A stretch of DNA of 64,000 bases from Thermodesulfobacteriota bacterium (GCA_963675595.2 CAXXLZ010000002.1:3264001-3328000); one strand, 5' to 3'; positions 52,217 to 63,031 are shown, numbered from the stretch's first letter. Made by a program: numbers and translations. The notes: generated from the sequence alone by a model not told the origin.

Positions 52217-53602
52217 CTACTTCCCAATACAAAACCGGCTGAAGATCCGATGAAGCACCTCATCCGCCGTGGTTTCTCCGGTGAGGGCGGTGAGGGATTC
52301 CAGGGCCCAGTGCAGGTCCGCGGCCAGGGTGTCGATGCCGCCAACCGTGCGCAGGGTTTCCGCGGCTCGGGTGAGGTGGTCCACGCAGCGTTCCACCGCT
52401 TCCTTGTGGCGCACGCGGGTCAGCAGCACCCGGGAGCCGGGTTCCACCGCGTCTTGAAGCAGCAACCGGGCGGCGGCGGATTTGAGGTCCCCGAGGCCCT
52501 CCCCAGTTAAGGCGGAAATCGGCACGACCTTGGGACTGCCCAATTGTTCCTTCAGGGCCGACACGGCCTTTCCTTTCCACAGGTCCAGCTTGTTGGCCGC
52601 CACCAGGTGGGGTTTGGTGCGAATGCGCTCATGCACCGCGAGGTCCTCTTCCGTGAGGTCCGACGCATAATCCACCATGAAGATCACCAGGTCGGCGGCG
52701 TCGATCTTTTTGCGGGTGGTTTCCAGGCTGAGAAGTTCGATTTCGTCACCGGTTTCTCTCAGTCCGGCGGTGTCGATGAGGCGCACCGGGATGCCTTCCA
52801 GGTGGATGCTTTCCTCGATGGCGTCTCGGGTGGTGCCGGGAATGGGGGTGACCAGGGCCCGGTCTTCCATGAGCAGGGCGTTGAGCAGGCTGGATTTGCC
52901 CACGTTGGGCTTGCCGGCGATGACCACGCGAATGCCCTCGGTCATCAAGCGCCCGGTGTCGAAGGTGCGCAGCAGTTGCCGGAGCACGGGGAGGACTTTG
53001 GTTTCCAGGTCGGACAGGGCTTCCCGCGTGTCGATGATTTCCACGTCCTCTTCCGGGAAATCGATGGCCACTTCCACCCGGGCTTTGAGCTCCGCCAAGA
53101 GGGCGCGGATTTCCTCCACATGCCGCGCGAGTTTTCCCTGGAGTTGCGAGGAGGACACAGCCAAGGCTTCCCGGCTCCCCGCGTTCACCACGTCGATGAC
53201 CGCCTCGGCTCGGGTGAGATCGATGCGGCCGTGGAGAAAGGCCCGCTGGGTGAATTCACCGGGCTCGGCCGGACGCGCGCCGTGGAGGAGAACCAGGCGC
53301 AGGACGCTTTCGAGCACCGCTCGTCCGCTGTGGCACTGGATTTCCAGCATGTCCTCCCGAGTGTAGGTTCGGGGGGCCCGCATAAAGGCGAGCAATACTT
53401 CGTCCACGGGTTCGAGGGTGTCCGGGTCCACGATGTGACCGTAATGGAGCACGTGGGAGCGCAGGTCGGAAGCGCCGTCCGGTCGCCGGAACAGCTTTCG
53501 AGCCAGGGCAAGGGACCCGGAGCCGCTGACGCGGATGATGCCGATGGCCCCCACGCCGGGAGGCGTGGCCAAGGCCGCTATGGTGTCCGTGGAAAGTCGC
53601 AT
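52217..53602 (-). CDS. mnmE: tRNA modification GTPase MnmE
   Basis: DTIAALATPPG, GEFTQRAF, GKPNVGKSSL, GTTRD, DTAG and FSRFCIGK. Confidence 0.97.
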   Translation of the reverse strand: MRLSTDTIAALATPPGVGAIGIIRVSGSGSLALARKLFRRPDGASDLRSHVLHYGHIVDPDTLEPVDEVLLAFMRAPRTYTREDMLEIQCHSGRAVLESVLRLVLLHGARPAEPGEFTQRAFLHGRIDLTRAEAVIDVVNAGSREALAVSSSQLQGKLARHVEEIRALLAELKARVEVAIDFPEEDVEIIDTREALSDLETKVLPVLRQLLRTFDTGRLMTEGIRVVIAGKPNVGKSSLLNALLMEDRALVTPIPGTTRDAIEESIHLEGIPVRLIDTAGLRETGDEIELLSLETTRKKIDAADLVIFMVDYASDLTEEDLAVHERIRTKPHLVAANKLDLWKGKAVSALKEQLGSPKVVPISALTGEGLGDLKSAAARLLLQDAVEPGSRVLLTRVRHKEAVERCVDHLTRAAETLRTVGGIDTLAADLHWALESLTALTGETTADEVLHRIFSRFCIGK

Positions 53603-54039
53603 GAGGGAGATTCCGGATGATATTGAGTGATTATTCAGGGATTATCAGGTAAAAACGTTTAAAAAAGGGTTTCCCTGGCCCTTTCCAAAATTTATTGAGC
53701 GGGTTGCTCGCTTCCGCGTCGCAACCGAGGTCGGGCGTTTTCCGTATGTCGGTTACCGGGTCCGTGATAACCGTAATCTTTGACGAGAACGTCGCAATTG
53801 GAACGCGGTGAATCGGGCGGACAAACGGGCTCTCAGTCCTGTCGTCGTTTTTCGAGGAGACGTTCCGCCGAAGGCGATGCGGCTGAGGGGGAAATAGGGT
53901 TGCACATCAATTTCCAGCGTTCCTCACATCTCCTATGTTGACGAAAAGCCTTCCAAGTTCGGCTTCGTCCCGCCGGGGACGGGCACCCTGTGAAGAAGAA
54001 TCCAGGCTTTGTAGAGCAGGCACTAGTGCCGTAATCGTT

Positions 54040-54150
54040 CACGGGAGGAAGTCGTCCATTGTAGGGGCAGGCCACAGTGCCTGCCCGAAAGGCGGCCGAA
54101 GGCCACCTTCTCCGTCGTACCCCCCGTGCCGGTGGTTCCCCGGTCACCCT
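54040..54150. repeat. GTAG-type REP-like element, family B copy 2
   Basis: TCCATTGTAGGGGCAGGCCACAGTGCCTGCCCGAAAG..., homologous to 15691-15803. Confidence 0.7.
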
Positions 54151-54286
54151 ATGAATACGAACGGTTTTTCAAAAGGTTCCCCCAAATCCGAATTCACAAA
54201 AAATCCCCCTCCTTGGTCTTTAAGGGAGGGGGACAAATTCGCCTTCACCCGCGGTGGGTATGAACAAACCGCTTTGGCGACGCGGA

Positions 54287-55318
54287 TCAGGATTTCTTCG
54301 GGGGCTTCCCTCTCTGCGGTCGCTGGGGGAAGATCACGATCCGTTTGAGCAGTCCCTCTCCCTTGCTCTTGGTTCGAAGCTGTTTGTCGTTCTGAAGCGC
54401 CAGATGAACGACCCGCCGGTCGTGGGAGTTCATGGGGCTGATGGTGATGGGTTTGCCGGCTTTCTTGGCCTTTTCTCCCAGTCGGAGCGCCATGTCCGCC
54501 AGGGATTTCTCCCGCCGATCCCGATAATTTTCGGAATCCACCACCACGTAGGCCCGTTTGCTCATCTCCTTGCTCACCATCTTGGTGAGCAGGTACTGGA
54601 GCGCATCGAGGGTCTTCCCTTTCTTGCCGATAAGCAAACTGGAAGATTCCCCGGTAAGATCCATGACGATGCGCCCGTTGGTGACCTCTCCTTTGACCGA
54701 AGCGGTCATGCCGGAAAGAGTGATGAGACGGTCGAGTTTGCTGTGGGCGATTTCCAGGGCCTTCTGAACGTCCTCTGAAGATTCGACGGCGGCTACCTGC
54801 TCCTCTTCGTCTTCCGGTTCGAGGTCGAATTCTTCCTGGTCGTCCGCGGTCGCGTCTTCAGTGGGGTCGGCGGGCGCCGCATCGAGGGGTTCCAGGTCCG
54901 AAACGATTTCCACCTCTTCGTCCGACTCCGGCTCCTCGGTGTCTTCCGGCTCCGCTTGAACGGCGACTTCAGGCCGCTTGGGCGGTTGCGGAGGGGGAGC
55001 GGGAGCGGGCTCGGGTTGGGCAGGCGGCTCTTCGGGAACTTCTTCGGCCGCTTTTTCGGGTGCTATGGTCTCGGGTTCGGCTCTCTTGCCTCGGATTTCC
55101 ATTTCGAGGTCCGAAAGGTCGACCAGCGGCTCCTGGGGCGGCTGCTCTTTGAGAAAAGCTTTAATCCTGGCCTTCTTGCCGCCCACCAGCCCGAAAATGC
55201 CCGTGGTGCCGGTGGAAAGAATCTGGATGTCCAGCTTCTCGGGCGTGGTATCGAAGTGCTTGCATGCGTTGTAAATGGCCTCCTCTGTGTTTTTTCCCAC
55301 AAATTCGATGGCGTCCAT
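54287..55318 (-). CDS. jag: RNA-binding protein Jag/KhpB (Jag_N, KH, R3H)
   Basis: GKNTEEAI, GIFGLVG, LIGKKGKTLDALQ and DRRVVH; downstream of yidC. Confidence 0.93.
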   Translation of the reverse strand: MDAIEFVGKNTEEAIYNACKHFDTTPEKLDIQILSTGTTGIFGLVGGKKARIKAFLKEQPPQEPLVDLSDLEMEIRGKRAEPETIAPEKAAEEVPEEPPAQPEPAPAPPPQPPKRPEVAVQAEPEDTEEPESDEEVEIVSDLEPLDAAPADPTEDATADDQEEFDLEPEDEEEQVAAVESSEDVQKALEIAHSKLDRLITLSGMTASVKGEVTNGRIVMDLTGESSSLLIGKKGKTLDALQYLLTKMVSKEMSKRAYVVVDSENYRDRREKSLADMALRLGEKAKKAGKPITISPMNSHDRRVVHLALQNDKQLRTKSKGEGLLKRIVIFPQRPQRGKPPKKS

Positions 55319-55341
55319 GTTGGTTGTTCCTCCGAGTGAGG

Positions 55342-56982
55342 TTAGGCCTTTTTGTTGATCAGGTATTGTTGGCCTATGGATAGGATGTTGTTGACAAGCC
55401 AGTATAGAACCAGACCGGAAGGGAAGTTGATGAACAGGAACGTGAAGACGATGGGAAGCATCATCATCATTTTGGCCTGGGTCGGATCTCCCGGAGTGGG
55501 AGTCATTTTCTGCTGAATGAACATGGAAAGACCCATGAGAAGGGTCAGGACCGGAAGGCCGCCCACATAAGGAAGATCGAATCCGATGGGCAGGCGGTCC
55601 GGGGCGGAAAGGTCGTTGACCCACAACATGAAGGGAGCGTGCCTCATTTCGATGGACTGAACCAGAATCCTGTAAAGGGCGAAGAACACGGGAATCTGGA
55701 TCACCATGGGCAGGCAGCCTCCCAGGGGATTCACCTTGTGAGTCTTGTAGAGCCCCATCATCTCGGCGTTTATGCGCTGCTTGTCGTCTTTGTACTGTTC
55801 TCGAATCTTCGTCATCTGAGGCTGCAGGTCCTTCATGGCCTTCATGGAGGTATAGCTCTTTTGAGTTAAGGGCCAGAAGAGAATCTTGATGATGACGGTG
55901 ACAAGGATGATGGCCAGACCGTAGTTGTGCAGTCCTTTGTAGAACCATTTCAGAAGGTACAGGACGGGCTTGGCGATGATGTCGAAGAAACCGTAATCTA
56001 CGACGCGTTCGAGACCGAGATGCAGGCTCTTGAGAACTTCGAGCTGCCTGGGGCCGAAGTAGAGGTGGTAGCCGTACCGGGTTTCCATGGCTTTGGGCAG
56101 GTTGGCCGGAGGATTCACCAAGTCGATGCGCACCGTGGAATCGCCCCGGGGGCTGATGCGAACACTGCCGGTAAAAGCCTGGTCGGGAACCATGGCGGTC
56201 ATGAAATAGTTGTCCACATAGGCGGCCCAATGGATTTCTCCGGCCACGATATCCTGTTCCTCAAGCTTCTTAAGGGCTTCGGTCTTGAGACTGTTTCCGA
56301 TCAATGCGGTCATGTGGACTTCGTTGTACGAAGAGTTGGCGTGATCAAAAGGAGAACCGATCAGGCTCAGTTCCAGGTTGTCGTCGAAGACTCCGGCCCC
56401 GAAGTTGCTGACCGTGACGTCCAGGTCGATGAGATAAGAGTCCGGATGAAACGTGTACTTCTTGATGAATCGGAGCCCTTGAGGTGAGGTCCACTGAAAG
56501 GTAAGCGCTTCGGGCGCGCTCTTGCCCGTCAGATCGATCCGGGAACGATCCGAAGTGAAAAGGGCCCGGGGCAGCTCTGGAACGGAATTGTTGTACAGCC
56601 CCAAAACGAGGCACGGTTGATGCGCCTTGAACAGCTCGAGGGGCGGGGAGTCCTTGGCTACGGTCTCACGGTATTTCTTGAGACGGAAACTCAGGAATCC
56701 GGCTTGATTTTCCGTGAGTTCGGCGCGGTAGAGGGGATGTTCGACCACGATCGTCCGAGCCTGGGTGGTGGGAACCACTTCGGGTACGGCGACCGACGGC
56801 TCGACCGGAGTGGAGGCCGTCACGGATTCGTTCGTCGGAACCGGTTTCGCGGCTTCCTGTTCAGCTGCCTGTTCCACTGCGGGAGGCTGCGGCAAGGGTT
56901 TTTCGGATTGACTTCCGAAAAAGGACCACAGCAGCAGCACCACCATGGACAGGACAACGGCGATCAAAGCGTTCTTTTCCAT
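55342..56982 (-). CDS. yidC: Membrane protein insertase YidC
   Basis: NYGLAII, VNPLGGCLP...QIPVF, WVNDLSAPD and PSGLVLYW. Confidence 0.97.
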   Translation of the reverse strand: MEKNALIAVVLSMVVLLLWSFFGSQSEKPLPQPPAVEQAAEQEAAKPVPTNESVTASTPVEPSVAVPEVVPTTQARTIVVEHPLYRAELTENQAGFLSFRLKKYRETVAKDSPPLELFKAHQPCLVLGLYNNSVPELPRALFTSDRSRIDLTGKSAPEALTFQWTSPQGLRFIKKYTFHPDSYLIDLDVTVSNFGAGVFDDNLELSLIGSPFDHANSSYNEVHMTALIGNSLKTEALKKLEEQDIVAGEIHWAAYVDNYFMTAMVPDQAFTGSVRISPRGDSTVRIDLVNPPANLPKAMETRYGYHLYFGPRQLEVLKSLHLGLERVVDYGFFDIIAKPVLYLLKWFYKGLHNYGLAIILVTVIIKILFWPLTQKSYTSMKAMKDLQPQMTKIREQYKDDKQRINAEMMGLYKTHKVNPLGGCLPMVIQIPVFFALYRILVQSIEMRHAPFMLWVNDLSAPDRLPIGFDLPYVGGLPVLTLLMGLSMFIQQKMTPTPGDPTQAKMMMMLPIVFTFLFINFPSGLVLYWLVNNILSIGQQYLINKKA

Positions 56983-57007
56983 TCAAATGAACTCCTGGGG
57001 GATGTGC

Positions 57008-57238
57008 TCAATCCACGGGATCAACCGGATCAACGGGATCGTAGCCGCCGGGGTGAAACGGGTGGCATTTCAAGAGACGTCGCACCGCGAGATACGAACC
57101 TCGCACGGCGCCGTATCTTCGCACGGCTTCCAGCGCATAAGCGGAGCACGTAGGGGTGAACCGGCAGGAGGGCGGAAAAATGGGGGATACCAACCAGCGA
57201 TATGCTTGGATCAAGACGACTAACAAACCTCTGGCCAT
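57008..57238 (-). CDS. yidD: Membrane protein insertion efficiency factor YidD
   Basis: [11 protein letters not shown] and [16 protein letters not shown]. Confidence 0.95.
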   Translation of the reverse strand: MARGLLVVLIQAYRWLVSPIFPPSCRFTPTCSAYALEAVRRYGAVRGSYLAVRRLLKCHPFHPGGYDPVDPVDPVD

Positions 57239-57248
57239 GTAACGGCAC

Positions 57249-57674
57249 TCATGCCCAAACCTTAACGACTTCCTCGACAAGGCCGGAATAACTCAGCGTA
57301 TGAGCCCCGGGTTTGGCTATCATGACGACGTCCATGGATCCGGGAACTTCAAATTTATTCAATCTGAAGAACTCTCTCGCCAAACGTTTGACGCGATTTC
57401 TTCTTACCGCGTTCCCGATTCTCTTGCTGACGATCAGGCCCAATCGAGAATGGTCCAATTCATTAGGGCAAAGGACAATAGTAAAATGCGGCGTATGATG
57501 CCTGCGTCCTCTTCGAAGCGCGTGGTCGAACTCCGACCTGCGTAGGAGCCTCTCTTCCTTTGCAAGGCCGAACCGCTTGCGATCATTTCGCTCACCGGCT
57601 ACCGGAGACGAGGTTGATGGCAAAGTCAATCCTCGAACGATCCGAGCCGGCGCATGGTTCGACGCTGGTACCAT
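57249..57674 (-). CDS. rnpA: Ribonuclease P protein component
   Basis: [29 protein letters not shown]; true start probably downstream of 57674. Confidence 0.92.
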   Translation of the reverse strand: MVPASNHAPARIVRGLTLPSTSSPVAGERNDRKRFGLAKEERLLRRSEFDHALRRGRRHHTPHFTIVLCPNELDHSRLGLIVSKRIGNAVRRNRVKRLAREFFRLNKFEVPGSMDVVMIAKPGAHTLSYSGLVEEVVKVWA

Positions 57675-57737
57675 CGGCCTGACCCAGGCTGAAACTCAGT
57701 TTGATTCGGAAGAGAATGCACCTTTCTCCAGGTGAAT

Positions 57738-57872
57738 TCACGCGGACAAAACTTTTCTGCCCTTCGCCCTCCTCCTCCTGAGGACGTTCTTCCCCCCTTT
57801 GGTACTCATCCTAACCAGAAAACCGTGCGTTCGTTTTCTCTTTATATTACTCGGCTGAAAAGTCCGTTTCAT
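57738..57872 (-). CDS. rpmH: 50S ribosomal protein L34 (44 aa; not in ORF track)
   Basis: Translates [44 protein letters not shown]. Confidence 0.97.
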   Translation of the reverse strand: MKRTFQPSNIKRKRTHGFLVRMSTKGGKNVLRRRRAKGRKVLSA

Positions 57873-58032
57873 AGCATCCTCAAAGTTGGCAAATTTCGCG
57901 CCTATCTTACATGGGCGCCCAGGTTTGTCAAGCCGGATTTTGTCTTGCGACGGCGGAATCGCGCGAAAACCCCCGCCGTCCTCTCCGAGCTTCGTTGTTT
58001 CGAATTGTTCTATCCGACGCCGATTTCGGTCG

Positions 58033-59124
58033 TCAGAAAATCTTGAGCTGTTGGCCGGGATGAATCACGTCGTGCGTCAGGCCGTTCCAGACCTTGATGT
58101 CCCGTACGGTGACTCCCAGCCGTTTGGCGATCAGTCCCAGACTCTCACCGGCCCGAACCACGTGGATCTTGAAACTCGGTTTGACATAGCTTGCCTTGTA
58201 GTCGTCATAGAACTTGGCGAACCGATTTTCGGAACCTTTGGGCAGCTTGATTTCGTACTTCCCCGGTGGAAAGTAATCGCCTTTAATGTCCGGGTTGAGG
58301 GCTTTCATTTCCTTATAATAGGTGCCGCAGGCCCGGGCCACGGTACGGAAGTGAATTCCCTCTTCAAAATCCACCACGAAAGTATCGAATTCCACTGGCC
58401 GATACCTGGTCGGGTGGCTGTAAGGCTCGTACCCGTAATCCCGCGGATTGCTCAAAATGACCTTGGCCGCCAGAATCCGGAAAATATACCGTTCCGTTTC
58501 GGTGGGCAGATCCATCCGATAATAATTCGTCTCTCCCTGCTCCTTGATAACGCTTTCGACTCTTTTTTCACCGCAGTTATAGGCGGCCGCCGCCAGAGTC
58601 CACGACTTGAACTCCTCGTAAAGGTCGCTCAGGTAATTCAGCGCCGCGTCCGTGGCTTTTTCGGCATGAAGCCGATCTTCGAACCACGAGTTGCTTCGGA
58701 GATCGTATCTTCTTCCGGTCTCCCTGATGAACTGCCACATGCCCAGGGCTCCGCGGTAGGAGCGAACATCCGTAATCAAGGAACTCTCGGCCACGGCCAG
58801 ATATTTCAAATCGTCCGGCATGGTTCGGCTGCGCAGCTCTTTTTCGACGGCTGGGAAGAATCGCTGCTTCCTACGCAACCACAAGTAGACTTGCGCGTGA
58901 TCGTAGACCGAAATCAGGAATTCCCTTTCCATCCGTTCCCATACTTCGGGAATGAACAGCGGCACGGGCTCTCCGCAAAGTTCAAGGGTGGAAGGCAATT
59001 CGTATGCGGGCACCTGGAGTACGGACGGTTTCGCATCTCCTCCGAAGGCGGTCCCCGCAACGGTCAAACATAGGACAAAAAACAGTATTTGAATGGAATG
59101 ACCGACGTTGACGGATGTCCTCAT
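58033..59124 (-). CDS. MltD-like lytic transglycosylase with LysM domain
   Basis: [22 protein letters not shown] and ETERY; C-terminal HVVRAGESL...IHPGQQL. Confidence 0.88.
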   Translation of the reverse strand: MRTSVNVGHSIQILFFVLCLTVAGTAFGGDAKPSVLQVPAYELPSTLELCGEPVPLFIPEVWERMEREFLISVYDHAQVYLWLRRKQRFFPAVEKELRSRTMPDDLKYLAVAESSLITDVRSYRGALGMWQFIRETGRRYDLRSNSWFEDRLHAEKATDAALNYLSDLYEEFKSWTLAAAAYNCGEKRVESVIKEQGETNYYRMDLPTETERYIFRILAAKVILSNPRDYGYEPYSHPTRYRPVEFDTFVVDFEEGIHFRTVARACGTYYKEMKALNPDIKGDYFPPGKYEIKLPKGSENRFAKFYDDYKASYVKPSFKIHVVRAGESLGLIAKRLGVTVRDIKVWNGLTHDVIHPGQQLKIF

Positions 59125-59149
59125 GTCAATACTCGGCTTTGGCTCCCTT

Positions 59150-59575
59150 TCAAACGGGACGGCAAGGAATCTCCAGTTCGTTGAAAAAATATCCGATTTC
59201 CGTGGCGGCCGTCTCCGGTGCATCCGAACCGTGAACGGCGTTTCGTTCCACATCGGTACCGTGCGCCTTACGAATCGTCCCTTCCGCCGCATCGGCGGGG
59301 TTTGTAGCGCCCATGATCCTGCGATTGGCGGCAATGGCGTCCGGGCCTTCCAGGATCATCACCACAATGGGACCTTCCGACATGAACCCGGTGAGGCTTT
59401 CGAAGAAAGGCCTTTCGCGGTGCACGGCATAAAATCCCATGGCTTCTTCCTTGGTGAGGTGAAGCATTTTCATGGCGGCGATCCGCAAACCTTCCCGTTC
59501 GAACCGGTTGATGATATCTCCGACGACATTCTTGGAAACGGCGTCGGGCTTAATGATGGACAGTGTTCTTTCCAT
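59150..59575 (-). CDS. ndk: Nucleoside diphosphate kinase
   Basis: [23 protein letters not shown] and NAVHGSD. Confidence 0.97.
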   Translation of the reverse strand: MERTLSIIKPDAVSKNVVGDIINRFEREGLRIAAMKMLHLTKEEAMGFYAVHRERPFFESLTGFMSEGPIVVMILEGPDAIAANRRIMGATNPADAAEGTIRKAHGTDVERNAVHGSDAPETAATEIGYFFNELEIPCRPV

Positions 59576-59803
59576 GGAATCTTTCCTCCGCGTGAATCTC
59601 AGAACTTCGAACTCGCTATCGGGACTTCGGGCGAAGCGCATCCGACCGGGACCAGACCATACGTTAAACCCGGGTGGATTGCAAGGACATGGGAACTCCC
59701 TGCAAAGGAACGAATCCACTTGACTGAACCGGGCTGCTGCCGGATGATCTAATGTTGGATGATTTTCCTTTAGGCTCTTTAGACTGGGACGAATGTAGCT
59801 GCC

Positions 59804-60130
59804 ATGAAGACGTCTTCAAAAATAAATCAAGGCATTCCGACCCTCAAGCCGGGCCGCGACATTACGGCGTCCGTGGCTCAAGACTTTAACCAGGCCCTTG
59901 TGGCCATGGTGAAACGGAAGCCTCAAGCGCTCGTTGTGGACTTCGACGGAGTGGAAATGATCGATTCCGTCGGTTTAGGCGTTCTTGTGGGCGCCATCAA
60001 CTCCCTGAGCAAGCACGGGGGGGAGTTGCGGCTGATCCATGTTTCGGAACAGATTCACGAGTTGCTGATTCTCATGCGCCTCGACCGAAGACTCGTGGTT
60101 GAAGGCCCTTCCGAACCCACGTCTGAGTAA
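59804..60130 (+). CDS. STAS domain anti-sigma factor antagonist
   Basis: [19 protein letters not shown]. Confidence 0.88.
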   Translation: MKTSSKINQGIPTLKPGRDITASVAQDFNQALVAMVKRKPQALVVDFDGVEMIDSVGLGVLVGAINSLSKHGGELRLIHVSEQIHELLILMRLDRRLVVEGPSEPTSE

Positions 60131-60240
60131 TCTCATACCCCACGGGGCGCCCGCGTTGAATGCATCGCTGATGCGGAACGGCCTCGAAAATACGGAAGAC
60201 GGTTTCGGGTTCCCGTCCGTTTTCGGCTTCAGGATGAGGG

Positions 60241-62121
60241 ATGGAACTTGAACACATCAAGGACTTCCTGCGGGAGCATGAGCCCTTGTGGGAAGCCTGG
60301 CAAATTCAGGTGGAAGTGAACGATCGGGCGGCGGCGCCTCTTTTCGTACTTTTCAATCCCGAGCAACCGGAAGTGCGTTCCCTGCTTCGCGTGGTCGGCG
60401 CCGCGAAAGCACCGCCTCCACCCGGCGAAGAGGGAGCCGAAGCCGAAGAAGCCGCCTCCCGGGCGTGCGAGGACAGCCTGCGAAACGAAGCCGCCGTGGT
60501 GCTCGAACCGGCGAGCCTGCCTCCGCATCCGGCCGTTGCCGCCGCTAGAGATATGGATATCCTTGCGGAACGAGTGGGCAAGGGGGCCGCATGCTATATC
60601 CTGGTGCGAATGGACTACTACCCCGCCACCCTCGAAGAAGTTCTGGAAGAGTCTCTCCTGTCGGAAGAAGAGGCGGCGGAATTCGGGTTGTCCTTGCTTT
60701 CCGGGCTTGAACATCTGGTGGAATACGAGATCGGCGGGGTGTGCTTCCGCGCCGACGCCGTCTTCGTCTCGGATGACGGCCCGGTGATGGACCCCGTCTG
60801 GGGGGTCTTTCCCTCGGAAGCGCAATCGTGGCGGCAGTCCTTTGGGGAACACTCGCGGTTCATGGCGCCCGAACCCGTTGGAGACTCGGGGTTCGACGCC
60901 ACGGCGGAGCTGAAGACCGGCATGTATTCCCTGGGAGCGCTGCTCTATTTGACCGTCGAGGGGAAATTGCCTTTCTCGGAGGAAGATTCCGAGGAGCCGC
61001 CAAGCGGCGAGGAACGGGACTCTCCGGTGTCCTTCGGTCGGAGCGTATCCAGGAAGTTTCAGGAGGTGGTGTTCCGATGCCTGGACCCGGACCCGGATCG
61101 GCGATTCGAAACCGTCGGCCAAATGCGCTCCGGGCTCGAGGAGACTCTGGCGAGCATACGTCGATCCGTGAAAGAACAGAAACGGACTCTGCGTTCCGCC
61201 CTGGAAAAGGGCGATGTGCGGAAAGCGGCGCTGGCTCGGATCAAGCTTGGTCTTCTACTGGGGCGCAGAACCGGGCAGGACTCTGAATTCACGGCACTCA
61301 GCCGGAACCTGGACAAAGTCCTGGAGAAAGAGGACGCCGCTGAGACGTCGGGGACGGCTGAGCCGGAACCGCTTCAGCCTCGGGCGAAGAAAGGGGCTCG
61401 TTCGAAGACGGTGAAAGGTTCGGCCGAAGTCTGGACCAACTCATTGGGAATGACCTTTGTGCCGATCTTGCCGGGAAAGTTTCTTATGGGTAGCCCCGAC
61501 GATGAACCGGGACGTTTCGGCAACGAGTCGCTGCATCCGGTGGAGCTTACGGGCCGGTTTGATCTCCAGAAGACTTTGGTGACCCAGGGGCAGTGGACCG
61601 CGGTCATGGGCGCCAATCCTTCTCATTTTCAGGGAGAGGAAGAACGACCGGTGGAAAAAGTCTCCTGGATGGATTGCCAGGAATTCATCCGTCGTCTGAA
61701 CGAGCGGGACTCTTCGGGGGCTTATCGGCTTCCTACGGAAGCCGAATGGGAATACGCTTGCCGAGCGGGTGGTTCGACCTTATTTTGTTACGGAGACAAC
61801 GAGGAACTTCTCGGCGAATACGCTTGGTATGAAGCCAATGCCGAGGGGAGCACCCATGCGGTGGCGCTGAAAAAACCCAATGCCTGGGGTCTGTTCGATA
61901 TGCACGGAAACGTGATGGAATGGGTCCTGGACGGTCGATCGGAGTATCCCAAAGGATCGGTGAAGGATCCCGTTGCCCCTCTTAAAGGGCCTTTGCGCAT
62001 GGCCCGCGGAGGCAGCTGGAGCAACGGCCGGCGTTTTCTGCGTTGCGCCTTCCGTTTCCCTTGTCTGGCCGACTTCCGCAATGTGGACCTGGGATTTCGA
62101 CTGGTTCGGATATCGAACTGA
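60241..62121 (+). CDS. Degenerate Ser/Thr kinase-like domain fused to an FGE-sulfatase (SUMF1) domain
   Basis: Kinase C-lobe FMAPE, YSLGALLY and DPDRRF; FLMGS, RLPTEAEWEYACRAG, NAWGLFDMHGNVMEW, RGGSW and GFRLV. Confidence 0.85.
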   Translation: MELEHIKDFLREHEPLWEAWQIQVEVNDRAAAPLFVLFNPEQPEVRSLLRVVGAAKAPPPPGEEGAEAEEAASRACEDSLRNEAAVVLEPASLPPHPAVAAARDMDILAERVGKGAACYILVRMDYYPATLEEVLEESLLSEEEAAEFGLSLLSGLEHLVEYEIGGVCFRADAVFVSDDGPVMDPVWGVFPSEAQSWRQSFGEHSRFMAPEPVGDSGFDATAELKTGMYSLGALLYLTVEGKLPFSEEDSEEPPSGEERDSPVSFGRSVSRKFQEVVFRCLDPDPDRRFETVGQMRSGLEETLASIRRSVKEQKRTLRSALEKGDVRKAALARIKLGLLLGRRTGQDSEFTALSRNLDKVLEKEDAAETSGTAEPEPLQPRAKKGARSKTVKGSAEVWTNSLGMTFVPILPGKFLMGSPDDEPGRFGNESLHPVELTGRFDLQKTLVTQGQWTAVMGANPSHFQGEEERPVEKVSWMDCQEFIRRLNERDSSGAYRLPTEAEWEYACRAGGSTLFCYGDNEELLGEYAWYEANAEGSTHAVALKKPNAWGLFDMHGNVMEWVLDGRSEYPKGSVKDPVAPLKGPLRMARGGSWSNGRRFLRCAFRFPCLADFRNVDLGFRLVRISN

Positions 62122-62159
62122 ACGGGCCTCAGGCAAGGCGCTATCCTATGAGATGAGAG

Positions 62160-62453
62160 ATGGAAAAAAACGCGAACGAAATGCTTCGGACTATCTCCGC
62201 TATGCGTCGGGAACTTAGTGAGAAGTTCACCGTAATACGGATCGGAGTCTTTGGCTCCTTCGCCAGGGGAGATGCGGGTCCTGATAGCGACGTGGACATT
62301 CTTGTGGAGCTGGCTGAGCCGACCTTCGATCACTATATGGATCTCAAATTCAGGTTGGAAGAGGTACTCCGGCGTCGTGTGGATCTTGTACTCGCCGACG
62401 CCTTGAAACCTCGATTGAAGCCGATCATCGAGAATGAGCTTATGTATGTATAG
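62160..62453 (+). CDS. Minimal nucleotidyltransferase (MNT) antitoxin
   Basis: GVFGSFARG...SDVDILVE and VDLV. Confidence 0.88.
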   Translation: MEKNANEMLRTISAMRRELSEKFTVIRIGVFGSFARGDAGPDSDVDILVELAEPTFDHYMDLKFRLEEVLRRRVDLVLADALKPRLKPIIENELMYV

Positions 62454-62792
62454 AGATTTTCGACTTTTCCTCGATGACATCCTGGATGCCGTAACCCAAG
62501 TGCGGGAATATACTTTTGGATTCGGCTATGAGGAGTTCTCCGGAGAAGGAGGACGCAGGATGCCGTGATGCGCAATCTCGAGATCATAGGAGAGACGGTA
62601 GGCCGTTTGCCGGAATCGATAAAGGCTGCTCCCGAAATAAAATGGAAAAAGATTGTCGGGTTTCGGAATATCGTGGCGCAAGAGTATTTCGGCGTAAGCC
62701 TCCCGCTGGTGTGGGATATAATGAGTTGGGCTCCCTTGAAATGGCCTGCAGAGACTCTTGGCGGGCGATTCTTCGGAGCCGGGAGTCGGTAG
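62446..62792 (+). pseudogene. HepT/DUF86 ribonuclease toxin, frameshifted
   Basis: MYRDFRLFLDDILDA... shifts frame near 62545 into TQDAVMRNLEIIGE...WKKIVGFRNIVAQEYFGV. Confidence 0.75.
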
Positions 62793-63031
62793 TTGACCTT
62801 ACTCTTTGTATGGAATTCGATCGATACCATAGGCAGCGGAAAGAGGCCGTCCCGGGGTTTTTGCACGGCTTCTCCCTTTTCGTCGGCCTGCCTTTTCAAG
62901 CCGATGGTTGACGGGCGGAAGGTGTCCGGTGTATGTGCGATGAACCATCGGGGCGAGCCCCGGAAAATATGACGGTGAGAGCGGATGAATCGCGGTATCA
63001 TAGTCGGGCGGGCATGCTCGGGGGAAAATAA

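Noticed and set aside
55319-56230. N-terminal extension of jag (647-aa ORF)
   Set aside because: It overlaps yidC in another frame; Jag homology starts at MDAIEF (55318), behind a GGAGG RBS.
57873-58032. oriC upstream of rpmH
   Set aside because: The gap is short, with no DnaA-box cluster or AT-rich unwinding element.
62563-62565. TGA in hepT as a possible Sec codon
   Set aside because: Homology continues in a different frame, so this is a frameshift and not readthrough.
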